A stretch of 64,000 nucleotides of DNA from Lachnospiraceae bacterium (GTDB taxonomy: Bacteria; Bacillota; Clostridia; Lachnospirales; Lachnospiraceae), in the NCBI GenBank assembly GCA_022647575.1, contig JALCKY010000008.1, forward strand, positions 8,635 to 72,634, written 5' to 3'. Both the position numbers and the translations under genes were made by a program. The notes beneath the pieces are model-generated. The model was not told the origin of the DNA and did not search any database. It was given only the letters and a program-made list of their open reading frames with translations. Below are positions 28,309 to 38,208 of the stretch, piece by piece (the first letter of the stretch is position 1; each line of letters starts with the position of its first letter).

Positions 28309-30711
28309 ATGCAGACAGCTATGACGGGACTGACAGACAAGGAAGCGGCCGACCGGGCAGCAGCCGGAAAGGTCAATGTCACCATCAAAAAGGGACAGCG
28401 GACGGTCGGACAGATCGTACGCGCCCATACGCTGACCTACTTTAATTTCATCAATATCGTACTGGGCGTCCTTATTTTCCTGACAGGCCAGTATAAAAAC
28501 CTTCTGTTTTTGGGCGTCATCATTTTCAACTCGGCCATCGGTATCGTCCAGGAGCTCCGCGTCAAGCAGCTCATTGACAAGCTGACCGTCATCACGGCAT
28601 CAAAGGTGACCGTCATCCGCAGCGGAAATGACAAGGAAATTCCGATTGACCAGATTGTCGTCGATGACCTTGTCCATCTGTCGGTCGGCGACCAGATCGT
28701 AACGGACGGCAAGGTCATGAAGTCCGAAGGCCTGGAAGTCAACGAATCCATGCTGACCGGCGAATCCATTCCCGTGCACAAGAATTACGGCGACTCGCTT
28801 TATTCCGGCTCCTTCATCGTAGCCGGCACCGGCCTTGAAAAAGTTGAAAAGGTCGGAAATGAATGCTATGCAGCGCAGATTGTTGAGAAAGCTTCCGTCA
28901 AGCACCGTGCTTCTTCGGAAATGCAGCTGACGATCGGCCGCATCATCAAGGTTGTTTCCATCGCGATCATCCCGCTCGGCCTGCTTCTGTACAGAAGCCA
29001 GGTCCATGCTTCTCCCACGGATATGGCCAATGCCATCGTCCGTACCTGCTCCGGCGTCCTTTCCATGATTCCCGAAGGCCTGGTTCTTCTGACTTCCGTT
29101 TCCTTCATCATCGGCGTCGGCCGTCTGGCCATGAAGAATGCCCTTGTCCAGGAAATGGAATCCATTGAAGCGCTGGCGCGAGTCACGGTCCTGTGCACCG
29201 ATAAAACCGGCACGATCACGACCGGAAACCTGCAGGTTACCGAAACCATCCCTCTTGCCGATATGGATGAAGATCACATCCGTGAAGTCATGGCCGCCAT
29301 GAACGGCGCCTTCAGCGACGTCAACGTGACGCAGGACGCGCTGATCAAATACTTCGGAAAAAAGAACGACTGGTCCATTTCCGACAGCATCCCCTTCTCT
29401 TCGGCAAGGAAATTCCGCGCCGCCGCTTTCGGCGATAACGGGAGCTATGCTCTCGGCGCTCCCGAATTTCTGGTGAAGGACAATCAGAAGATTCTCGACA
29501 TGATCGACGATTATTCCGACCAGGGCTACCGTGTCCTGATGCTCGGGAAATGCGCAGCGATTTCATCGGCCGACGATTCCGTCAGCAGCGTGAAACCGGT
29601 CGCCGCCATCGTCATTTCCGATATCATCAAGACCGATGCGGCGGAAACCTTCAAGTATTTCGCAGATGCAAAAGTCGCAGTGAAGGTAATTTCCGGCGAT
29701 AATCCCAGAACCGTTTCAGCCGTCGCCGTCAAGGCCGGCGTTGAAAACGGAGACAAGTACATCGACGCGACGACTCTTCCGAACACCCTGCCGGAGCTGC
29801 AGAAAGTCATTTCCAATTATACTGTCTTCGGCCGCGTGAAACCGGAGCAGAAGCAGCTGTTCGTCAAGGCATGGCAGGCGAACGGAGAAACCGTCGGCAT
29901 GGTCGGCGACGGCGTGAACGACGTCCTTGCCATCAAGGATGCCGACTGCGGCATCGCCATGGCCAACGGCTCGGAGGCGGCAAAACAATCCGCCCACATC
30001 GTTCTGCTGAATTCGAATTTCGCCTCCATGCAGGACATCGTGAAGGAAGGCCGCACGATCATTGCCAACATTGAGCGTGTCTCTTCCCTGTATCTGACGA
30101 AGACTATCTACGCTTCCATCATGTGCCTGATTTTCATTCTGCTGAAAACAGACTATCCGTTCACGACCCTGCAGATCGGACTCATCAATGTGACCGCCAT
30201 CGGCATCCCGAGCTTCCTCCTGACCTTCGAACAGAAGGAGAAAGTCTATATCGGAGGCTTCCTAAACCACGTCCTGCGCGTCGCCGTGCCATCTGCCTTT
30301 ACCATGGTCGTCATGATGATGGTCGTGCAGATTCTGCGGTTTGCCTTCGGATGGAACATGGAAATCTATGCGACATTTTCCATCATGCTCGGCGGCCTCG
30401 TCGGCATGCTGGTCGTGCTCCAGGTTCTGTGGCCAATGAATCCCTATCACTGCTTCATTTTCGGATCCGGCGCCGGAGTCTTTATCCTGGCGATTATTTT
30501 CCTGCCGCATTTCTACGACATGGCCCCGATCGGAATGTGGTGGTCCCTTCTTCTGATTCCTCTCGGTGCCCTGACGCTTTGGCTCATCGTGGAATTCTCA
30601 AAACTGGCCAACCGCTTCACGGACTGGTTCCTTGCGGAACAGAAGCGTGTCCGGGCCATACGTAAAAAACGTCCGCCGGAAGAACCCAAGAAACCAAAAT
30701 ACTATCAGTAG
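28309..30711 (+). CDS. P-type cation-transporting ATPase (CtpE-like)
   Basis: TGES, PEGL, DKTGT phosphorylation site, GDGVND hinge. Confidence 0.93.
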   Translation: MQTAMTGLTDKEAADRAAAGKVNVTIKKGQRTVGQIVRAHTLTYFNFINIVLGVLIFLTGQYKNLLFLGVIIFNSAIGIVQELRVKQLIDKLTVITASKVTVIRSGNDKEIPIDQIVVDDLVHLSVGDQIVTDGKVMKSEGLEVNESMLTGESIPVHKNYGDSLYSGSFIVAGTGLEKVEKVGNECYAAQIVEKASVKHRASSEMQLTIGRIIKVVSIAIIPLGLLLYRSQVHASPTDMANAIVRTCSGVLSMIPEGLVLLTSVSFIIGVGRLAMKNALVQEMESIEALARVTVLCTDKTGTITTGNLQVTETIPLADMDEDHIREVMAAMNGAFSDVNVTQDALIKYFGKKNDWSISDSIPFSSARKFRAAAFGDNGSYALGAPEFLVKDNQKILDMIDDYSDQGYRVLMLGKCAAISSADDSVSSVKPVAAIVISDIIKTDAAETFKYFADAKVAVKVISGDNPRTVSAVAVKAGVENGDKYIDATTLPNTLPELQKVISNYTVFGRVKPEQKQLFVKAWQANGETVGMVGDGVNDVLAIKDADCGIAMANGSEAAKQSAHIVLLNSNFASMQDIVKEGRTIIANIERVSSLYLTKTIYASIMCLIFILLKTDYPFTTLQIGLINVTAIGIPSFLLTFEQKEKVYIGGFLNHVLRVAVPSAFTMVVMMMVVQILRFAFGWNMEIYATFSIMLGGLVGMLVVLQVLWPMNPYHCFIFGSGAGVFILAIIFLPHFYDMAPIGMWWSLLLIPLGALTLWLIVEFSKLANRFTDWFLAEQKRVRAIRKKRPPEEPKKPKYYQ

Positions 30712-30732
30712 GTCGCTTGTTGAAGATGGCGT

Positions 30733-30864
30733 GCAGGGCGGACATATATTTCGTGATCGGGACGCTCCCGCTCGCTCGTCGTGCAGCGGTACATCGGCTC
30801 AATAATACCTCGCCGTGTACCGGCCTCCTCGGACGCCCTCTCACGAAACACATGCCCGCCCTGC
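30733..30864 (-). repeat. Structured intergenic element, copy 2
   Basis: Core 30757-30840 is the reverse complement of 14458-14541 (5 differences); closed by gcagggcgg..tttcgtga / tcacgaaa..ccgccctgc. Confidence 0.85.
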
Positions 30865-30954
30865 TTCACTCCTCTTCAGTCGCTATGCTAAAAAAACCGG
30901 CAGCCCTCATGGGCTGCCAGTATAATATCATGTCATTCTTTAATTCCAATACCT

Positions 30955-31020
30955 TTGCTTCTGTCTTTGTCTGTCTTTGTCTGTCTTTTCTTTCTATCTT
31001 CTTTCTGTCTTTTCTTTCTG
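30955..31020. repeat. Pyrimidine-rich microsatellite-like tract
   Basis: Repeated tctgtctttg / tctttct units. Confidence 0.65.
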
Positions 31021-31068
31021 TTTAATTCTTTTTGTCTTCCTAGCAGAAATACATCATCGTCAGCTCCG

Positions 31069-31262
31069 GCTGAACTATGCTCTCTGCAGGGACATTGACG
31101 AGGCGGGTGCTTAGCGAGGTCTTATCGAGCTTAGCACCCCTGCACGAGGATCTGAGCGGGAGCGCGCCCTGCAGAGAACATAATTCAGCAAGGAGCGTTC
31201 GATTGATGTCTTTCCGGGCTTAGCACCCCTGCACGAGGATCTGAGCGGGAGCGTTCCCTGCA
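31069..31262 (+). repeat. Structured intergenic element, copy 3 (divergent) plus partial duplicate
   Basis: Shares gaggc, gcgaggt, cgagc, ctgcacga and gagcgggagcg with copies 1 and 2; closing stem gctgaa..ctctgcaggg / ccctgcagag..ttcagc; 3' half duplicated at ~31218-31262. Confidence 0.75.
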
Positions 31263-31312
31263 CAGAATATGCAGTGAACTCTCACGCTCAGCAGATTATT
31301 CATCGACAAGCA

Positions 31313-33274
31313 TTACCACTCAAACACCGCCGCGCAGTATGCCGGCAGCGGGAACTCGATGCTGTACGGCCGGCGGTCGCATTCGCCCTTCTGGGCCGCA
31401 TAGGAAACCTTCCTGATTTCCGCCGTGCCTCCGAACTTCGGGTCTGCCGAGTTCAGGATCAGCTTGTAGCTCTTCTTCACCGGCACGCCGCAGCGGTAGT
31501 CCGGACGCTCAATCGGCGTCATGTTCAGGACAAACAGAAGATTCTTCTTGCCGTCCGGCGACTTGCGCATGAAACTGTAGATGCTGCGGTCTGCATCATC
31601 CGCATTGATCCATTCAAAGCCGTTCGGATCGGTATCGGTTGCATAAAGTGCCGGATACTTCCGGTACATTTTCCAAAGTTCGCGGACGTAGTCCAGGAGT
31701 GCCTTGTTCAGCGGCTGATTGAGAAGGAACCAGTCGAGCTCGCGGTCTTCCGACCATTCTCTCTGCTGGCCGAAATCCTGTCCCATGAAGAGAAGCTTCT
31801 TTCCCGGATGGCCGCACATGAACGTGTAGGCCTCTCTTAAGTTCGAGAACTTGTCTTCATAAATGCCCGGCATCTTCTGCCACATTGAGCATTTCAGGTG
31901 AACCACTTCATCATGGGAAAGCACGAGCACATATTTCTCGCTGTAGCAGTAGGAAGTCGAGAACGTCAGCTTGTAATGATTGAATTTCCGGAAATAAGGA
32001 TCGAGCTTCATGTATTCCAGGAAATCATTCATCCAGCCCATGTTCCATTTCAGTCCAAAGCCCAGTCCGCCTTTTTCAACATCGCCGGTTACCTGCGGCC
32101 ATGCCGTGGACTCTTCGGCAATCATGACGGTTCCCTTGTTCCGTCCCTGAACGAGCGTATTGAGATGCTTGAAGAATTCAATCGCTTCCAGGTTCTTGTT
32201 CTCGCCGTACTTGTTGGCCACCCACTGGCCGTCCGATTTTCCGTAATCCAGATACAGCATCGACGCCACGGCATCGACGCGCAGTCCGTCGATATGGAAG
32301 AACTCGATCCAGTAGAGGGCATTTGCCAGGAGGAAATTCTTGACCTCCGGACGACCGTAGTTGAAAATCTTCGTGCCCCATTCCGGATGCTCGCCTTTTC
32401 TCGGATCGGCATGCTCGTAAAGGGCACAGCCGTCGAAATTCGCCAGGCCGAAATCGTCTTTCGGGAAATGAGCCGGTACCCAGTCAAGGATGACGCCGAT
32501 TCCCTTGCCGTGCAGGTAATCGACCATGTACTGGAAATCGTCCGGCGTGCCGTACCTAGAAGTCGGTGCATAATAACCCGTCACCTGATAGCCCCAGGAG
32601 CCGTCGAACGGATGCTCGGCGATTCCCATGAGCTCAATGTGGGTATAATTCATGTCTTTCAGATAATCCGCGATGCGGACCGCAAATTCGCGGTAATTGT
32701 AGAAGCCGTCCGGGATGCCGTCCGATTCCGGGTGCTTCATCCAGGAGCCGGGATGGCATTCGTAAATGACCATCGGATCCTTGTCGACGTTGAAGTTTTC
32801 CCTCTGCTTCATCCATTTGTCATCGGTCCATTTCAGACGGCTGCTGTCCCAGATTACCGAGGCATTTCCCGGACGGAGCTCTGCCTGATTGGCATACGGA
32901 TCGGCCTTGTAGAGATGCTGCCCTTCCGCGCCGATGATGTAGTATTTGTAGAGAGAGCCTTCCTGCACGCCGGGAATGAACGTATCCCAGACTTCCAGCT
33001 CATCCTTCTTCGTCATGAAGTTCGCTTCGACGTTCCAGCTGTTGAAGTCGCCGACCACCGAAATCGCGCGGGCATTCGGAGCCCATACCGCGAAATACGT
33101 TCCCTTGACTCCGTCGCGTTCTGCCGGATGCGCACCGAGCTTGCGGTAAAGATCATAATGCGTAGCATGCCCGAAAAGATACTGGTCGTATTTCGTGAAC
33201 TCCAGATATTTCTCATTGACCGGCTTGCGCGGTGCACGTTCCTTGGTTTCGGAAACCGTCTTTTTCGTGTTCAT
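31313..33274 (-). CDS. glgB: 1,4-alpha-glucan branching enzyme
   Basis: FAVWAPNA, WGYQVTGYY, DWVPAHF, GLRVDAVASM, AEEST, LSHDEVVH. Confidence 0.97.
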   Translation of the reverse strand: MNTKKTVSETKERAPRKPVNEKYLEFTKYDQYLFGHATHYDLYRKLGAHPAERDGVKGTYFAVWAPNARAISVVGDFNSWNVEANFMTKKDELEVWDTFIPGVQEGSLYKYYIIGAEGQHLYKADPYANQAELRPGNASVIWDSSRLKWTDDKWMKQRENFNVDKDPMVIYECHPGSWMKHPESDGIPDGFYNYREFAVRIADYLKDMNYTHIELMGIAEHPFDGSWGYQVTGYYAPTSRYGTPDDFQYMVDYLHGKGIGVILDWVPAHFPKDDFGLANFDGCALYEHADPRKGEHPEWGTKIFNYGRPEVKNFLLANALYWIEFFHIDGLRVDAVASMLYLDYGKSDGQWVANKYGENKNLEAIEFFKHLNTLVQGRNKGTVMIAEESTAWPQVTGDVEKGGLGFGLKWNMGWMNDFLEYMKLDPYFRKFNHYKLTFSTSYCYSEKYVLVLSHDEVVHLKCSMWQKMPGIYEDKFSNLREAYTFMCGHPGKKLLFMGQDFGQQREWSEDRELDWFLLNQPLNKALLDYVRELWKMYRKYPALYATDTDPNGFEWINADDADRSIYSFMRKSPDGKKNLLFVLNMTPIERPDYRCGVPVKKSYKLILNSADPKFGGTAEIRKVSYAAQKGECDRRPYSIEFPLPAYCAAVFEW

Positions 33275-33399
33275 CGGATCGTCCTTTCGGGTGCATATTC
33301 TTGAATTCATTATAGTATGGAACGCCTGCAAAAAACATAAACATTTTCTGCCGTCTGTATAGCTTTTTCACGGATGGGGCTTTCCGGCTCCGGAATTCT

Positions 33400-35094
33400 T
33401 TACAGGAACTTTCCTTCCGTCACGGAGTACATGCCTCTCGGCGTGCAGCGGATTTCCGGAATGACCGGCAGCGCCATGAAGGAAAGCGTGATGAACGGAT
33501 CCATATCCTTCGGGATGCCCATCTTGTGCGCCTTGAAGATCATGCGGTGCAGCTTCTTGTCAACGTAGCTGTAGCTCCTGTCGGAAATGAGTCCCATGAT
33601 CGGAAGTTCAAGGGTATCGAAGACTTTCCCATTTTCCACAATGGTGTAGCCGCCCTTGGTGCGTTCCAGTTCGTGTACGGCCGTCAGGATGTCTTCATCG
33701 CTGCTGCCGATGACGATGATGTTGTGGCTGTCATGGGAAACGGAAGAGGCAATGGCACCGCCGCGGATTCCGAAGCCGTTCACGGCACCGACGCCGATTT
33801 TGCCTGTCGCGTGATGACGTTCGAAAACGGCGATCTTTGCGAATTCTGCGTTCGGTTCGAAGACTTTTTCTCCCGGAAGGACTGCCATGACTTTCTTCGT
33901 CGTGATCTGGCCCGGCTCCATCTGAAGCACCGGAACCTTCTTGCCGGTCTGCTTCATGATAAGTTTCTTTTCATCGATCGTTCCGATATGGACTGTGTCC
34001 ATCAGGTTTTCCGGGCAGGGTTCCGGCTTCACTTTGGTGTGTCCGTTGACCAGCTGGCCTTTGTAGAAGACCATCTGCGCATTGAAGTCCTTGATGGAAT
34101 CCCAGACAACCAGATCCGCATCGTAGCCCGGCGCCACTGCTCCGGTCCGGCGGAGGCCGTAGCATCTTGCCGGCTGGATCGTCGCCATCTTGACGGCTGC
34201 GATCGGGCTGATTCCCATGCTGACCGCCTTGCGGACGTTGTGGTCGATATCGCCTTCCCGGCGGATATCTTCAATATGCTTGTCGTCGGTGCAGAAGCAG
34301 AAGCCTTCGGTATTCGTATTATTTTCCACGATGCCCTTGACGATCATTTCCAGGTTGCGGGCTGCGGAGCCTTCACGGATATGGCAGGTCATGCCCATCG
34401 CGCGTTCGCGCATGACGTATTCATACGTCGTGCCTTCGTGATCGGTCGTGACGCCGGCCATGACATAGGCTGCCAGGTCAAGATCCGGGACATCCGGCGC
34501 ATGGCCGTCCTTCACCTTGCCGTTGAACAGCTCGAGTTTTTTATTCATTTCCGGATCGCCGTTGATGACGCTCTGGACATCCATGACTTCGCCGAGACCG
34601 AGGACACGGCGGTTCTCAAGATACGGGGCCATTTCCTTGGCCGTCAGCCGGAAGCCGTTGTCGTCGATCGGGGTCGCCGGGACGCAGGAAGCCATCATGA
34701 CGTAGACATGGGCCGGCGAATTCTTCGTCTGCTCCAGGATATAGTCGATGCCGTCGGTACCGGATACATTTGCCGCCTCATGCGGGTCGACCATGAAAGT
34801 CGTCGTGCCGTGCAGCGCTGCCTGGGAAATCAGCTCCTGCGGATTCACGAGCGTCGATTCCAGATGCAGATGGGCATCGATCAGTCCGGACGTCACATAC
34901 TGTCCCTTGAGATCGATTTCCTTCTTGCCCTGATAATCGCCGATGCCGACAATCATGCCGTTGGTGATGGCGATGTTGCCTTCCTCTACCCGGTCGGTGA
35001 AGACATTGATGATTTTAGCGTTTTTCAGAACCAGGTCTGCCTTAATGAGTTTCCTTGCCGCTTTGGAACATCCGATGTACTTCTCGAGTTTCAT
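33400..35094 (-). CDS. ade: Adenine deaminase
   Basis: IDAHLHLES, DPHE, DGHAP, REGSAA, TDDKH, SHDSHN. Confidence 0.95.
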   Translation of the reverse strand: MKLEKYIGCSKAARKLIKADLVLKNAKIINVFTDRVEEGNIAITNGMIVGIGDYQGKKEIDLKGQYVTSGLIDAHLHLESTLVNPQELISQAALHGTTTFMVDPHEAANVSGTDGIDYILEQTKNSPAHVYVMMASCVPATPIDDNGFRLTAKEMAPYLENRRVLGLGEVMDVQSVINGDPEMNKKLELFNGKVKDGHAPDVPDLDLAAYVMAGVTTDHEGTTYEYVMRERAMGMTCHIREGSAARNLEMIVKGIVENNTNTEGFCFCTDDKHIEDIRREGDIDHNVRKAVSMGISPIAAVKMATIQPARCYGLRRTGAVAPGYDADLVVWDSIKDFNAQMVFYKGQLVNGHTKVKPEPCPENLMDTVHIGTIDEKKLIMKQTGKKVPVLQMEPGQITTKKVMAVLPGEKVFEPNAEFAKIAVFERHHATGKIGVGAVNGFGIRGGAIASSVSHDSHNIIVIGSSDEDILTAVHELERTKGGYTIVENGKVFDTLELPIMGLISDRSYSYVDKKLHRMIFKAHKMGIPKDMDPFITLSFMALPVIPEIRCTPRGMYSVTEGKFL

Positions 35095-35191
35095 ATTTTT
35101 CCTCCTGGGGGTTTACGGGTGCCGGCAAACGAATCGTCTTTTCGGACGAAGCTTATCCTGTTTACGGTGCACTGCACCGAAAGGTACGTCT

Positions 35192-35980
35192 CTATGAAAT
35201 TCCAAGCAGCGTCTTCGCGTTCTGTTCCGTGCGCGCGATGACCTCTTCTTCGCTCGTCCCCTTGATGTCCGCAATCGCAAGGGCAACGTACGGAAGATTG
35301 AGGGAAGAATTCCTTGTTCCCCGAAATGGTTCCGGTGCCAGATACGGACAGTCTGTCTCCAGAACGAGATGATCCAGATCCGTCTGTGCGACCGTTTCTT
35401 TCAGTTTTCTTGAATTCTTGAAGGTTACGATGCCGCCGACACCGATCAGGAAACCCATGCCGACGTAGATCTTCGCCTGTTCCGGCGAATACGAGTAGCA
35501 GTGGATGATTCCCGGATGCTCTGTCTTCCGGTCGCCGTAATACTCCCTGATGATATTCATCGTATCTTCGGCAGCTTCCCTGGAATGAATCAGGACCGGC
35601 TTTTTGAATTCCCGTCCCAGTTCGATCTGTTTTCTGAACCACTCCATCTGGAATGCCCGGACCTTCGGATCTTCTTTTCCTTCGCCGTAGTAATCAAGTC
35701 CGAACTCGCCGGCTGCGACGACCTTCGGATCCGCCATGTACTGCTGCATTTCCTGCCAGATACCGGGAGTGATTTCTCCGATTTCATCCGGATGGATTCC
35801 GACTGCCGCATAAATAAAATCCCGGGAATGCGCCAGCTCCATGACTTTCGGAAGCGACGGAACATCGGAACCGACATTCAGGACGCAGCCGACGCCGTTC
35901 TCCCGGAAAGAGTCCAGAAGTTCGTCGCGGTCTTCATCAAAGCGCGAGTCATCGTAGTGCACATGGGTGTCGAATATCAT
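35192..35980 (-). CDS. tatD: TatD-family DNase
   Basis: DTHVH, GIHP, GEFGLDY, IHSRE, HCYS, LETDCPY. Confidence 0.95.
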   Translation of the reverse strand: MIFDTHVHYDDSRFDEDRDELLDSFRENGVGCVLNVGSDVPSLPKVMELAHSRDFIYAAVGIHPDEIGEITPGIWQEMQQYMADPKVVAAGEFGLDYYGEGKEDPKVRAFQMEWFRKQIELGREFKKPVLIHSREAAEDTMNIIREYYGDRKTEHPGIIHCYSYSPEQAKIYVGMGFLIGVGGIVTFKNSRKLKETVAQTDLDHLVLETDCPYLAPEPFRGTRNSSLNLPYVALAIADIKGTSEEEVIARTEQNAKTLLGIS

Positions 35981-36094
35981 GTCGTCATTCCTTTATGATT
36001 GTAGTCAAAACCCGCAGCTCCGGGATGCATGGCATTCCGCAGGAGCGGGTACGCATCATTCCTTCGCGGCCTGCAGTTCCGGCCGTTATCCGTC

Positions 36095-38146
36095 TCAGCA
36101 GATTTCGGATCCGGCGGCCATCGAGCTGTCGTCCGGCGTCATCAGCGAAAGCTTTCCGTCCGCATCCTCTGCGCACAGCAGCATTCCCTGCGATTCCAGA
36201 CCGGCCATCTTACGCGGCTTCAGGTTCACGATGACCATGACCTTCTTGCCGATCATCTGCTCCGGCGAGTAGGCTGCGCGGATGCCCGAGCAGATCTGCA
36301 CGGTCTTATCCCCGATCTTCACCTGGCTGCAGAGCAGCTTCTTCGAATTTTCCACAATCCTGCAGTCGATGATTTCGCCGACGCGGAATTCCATTTTGTC
36401 GAAGTCCTCGTAGACGATTTCCGGCTTGCCGGATGCTTCATTTCCTGAAACGGCTCCCTCATTCTTTCCGTCCGCCGCGGCATCTTTCGAAACGCCTTCC
36501 GTATTCTTTGTCCCGCTGCCGGCCTTTCCGGCTGCCGCTTCATTCTTTCCTGCATCCGCCGCTTCCGGCGCCACATGCGCTTTTTCGAGGACCTCCTTGA
36601 GATCCATCCGCATGAACAGGATTTCCGGTGCATCCGTCACTTTATTTCCGGACGGATAATTGCCCCATTCACTCAGCTTGTCGTACTCGACCGCTGAAGA
36701 ATTCAGCTGTTTCATCACGCGTTCCGTCGTCTCCGGCATGAACGGCGCAAGAAGGGAGACGCCGGTGGAAATGCCTTCGGTCAGGTTGTACAGTACTTCC
36801 GAAAGACGCGCCTTCTGCGACTCGTCCTTGGCCAGCTTCCACGGCTCCGTCTCATCGATGTACTTGTTGCAGCGCTTGAAGAGGTTGAAGATTTCGGTAA
36901 TCGCGTCCGCGACGCGCAGCTCATCCATCTTGGCGGTGACGGCTGCGACGGTTCCGGTCACGCATTCCTTGAGATTGGCATCGGTATCGCTCAGCTGTCC
37001 CATTTCCCCGGTCTGCGTCACGACCCCGCCGAAATACTTGTTGCTCATCGCGATGGTCCGGTTCACCAGATTGCCGAGCGTGTTCGCCAGTTCGGAATTC
37101 ATGCGCTCGACCATGAGGTCCCAGGAAATGACCCCGTCGTTCTCAAACGGCATTTCATGCAGGCAGAAATAGCGTACGGCATCGACACCGAAAATGTCTG
37201 CCAGGTCGTCCGCGTAAATGACATTGCCTTTGGACTTGCTCATTTTTCCGCTGCCCTGAAGAAGCCACGGGTGACCGAAGATCTGCTTCGGAAGCGGCAG
37301 GTCAAGGCTCATCAGGAAAATGGGCCAGTAAATCGTATGGAAACGGATGATGTCCTTTCCGATCAGGTGGAGGTCCGCCGGCCAGTATTTTTTAAACTGT
37401 TCCGTGCTGTTTCCGTCGGCATCATAGCCGATGCCCGTGATGTAGTTCGACAGGGCGTCGAGCCACACATAGACGACGTGCTGCGGATCGAAATCCACCG
37501 GGATGCCCCATTTGAAGGAAGTTCTCGACACGCACAAATCCTGCAGGCCCGGAATGAGGAAATTGTTCATCATTTCGTTCTTACGGGATTCCGGCTGGAT
37601 GAATTCCGGATGCGTATTGATGTAGTCGATCAGCCTCGGCGCATACTTGCTCATCCGGAAGAAATAGGCCTCCTCGGAAGCAGGCTGGACATCGCATCCG
37701 TCAAGCGGGCATTTGCCGTCGACAAGCTGCGACTCCGTATAGAACGACTCGCATTCGGTGCAGTACATTCCCTTGTACTCGCCTTTGTAAATGTCGCCTT
37801 TCTCATACATCTTCTTGAAGATCTTCTGGATCTGCTTCTCATGGTCTTCATCGGTCGTGCGGATGAATTTATCATAGGACGTATTCATCAGATCCCAGAT
37901 GCGGCGGATCTCGGCTGCCGTGCGGTCCACGTAAGCCTTCGGCTCCACGCCGGCTTCTTTCGCTTTATTCTCGATTTTCTGGCCGTGCTCATCGGTTCCG
38001 GTCTGGAAGAAGACATCGTAGCCTTCCATCCTCTTGAAACGGGCAATGGCATCTGCCAGGATGATTTCATAGGTGTTGCCGATATGCGGCTTTCCGGATG
38101 CATAGGCAATAGCGGTCGTAATGTAATATTTTCCTTTGTCTGTCAT
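36095..38146 (-). CDS. metG: Methionine-tRNA ligase with C-terminal tRNA-binding domain
   Basis: YITTAIAY, PHIG, GTDEHG, KMSKS; C-terminal OB domain; start at ATG 38146. Confidence 0.97.
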   Translation of the reverse strand: MTDKGKYYITTAIAYASGKPHIGNTYEIILADAIARFKRMEGYDVFFQTGTDEHGQKIENKAKEAGVEPKAYVDRTAAEIRRIWDLMNTSYDKFIRTTDEDHEKQIQKIFKKMYEKGDIYKGEYKGMYCTECESFYTESQLVDGKCPLDGCDVQPASEEAYFFRMSKYAPRLIDYINTHPEFIQPESRKNEMMNNFLIPGLQDLCVSRTSFKWGIPVDFDPQHVVYVWLDALSNYITGIGYDADGNSTEQFKKYWPADLHLIGKDIIRFHTIYWPIFLMSLDLPLPKQIFGHPWLLQGSGKMSKSKGNVIYADDLADIFGVDAVRYFCLHEMPFENDGVISWDLMVERMNSELANTLGNLVNRTIAMSNKYFGGVVTQTGEMGQLSDTDANLKECVTGTVAAVTAKMDELRVADAITEIFNLFKRCNKYIDETEPWKLAKDESQKARLSEVLYNLTEGISTGVSLLAPFMPETTERVMKQLNSSAVEYDKLSEWGNYPSGNKVTDAPEILFMRMDLKEVLEKAHVAPEAADAGKNEAAAGKAGSGTKNTEGVSKDAAADGKNEGAVSGNEASGKPEIVYEDFDKMEFRVGEIIDCRIVENSKKLLCSQVKIGDKTVQICSGIRAAYSPEQMIGKKVMVIVNLKPRKMAGLESQGMLLCAEDADGKLSLMTPDDSSMAAGSEIC

Positions 38147-38208
38147 AAAAAATAAGTCCTCCCGAAGCATTTCTGCAATGATATTTTATACTGCTTTCTC
38201 TCCGAAAA

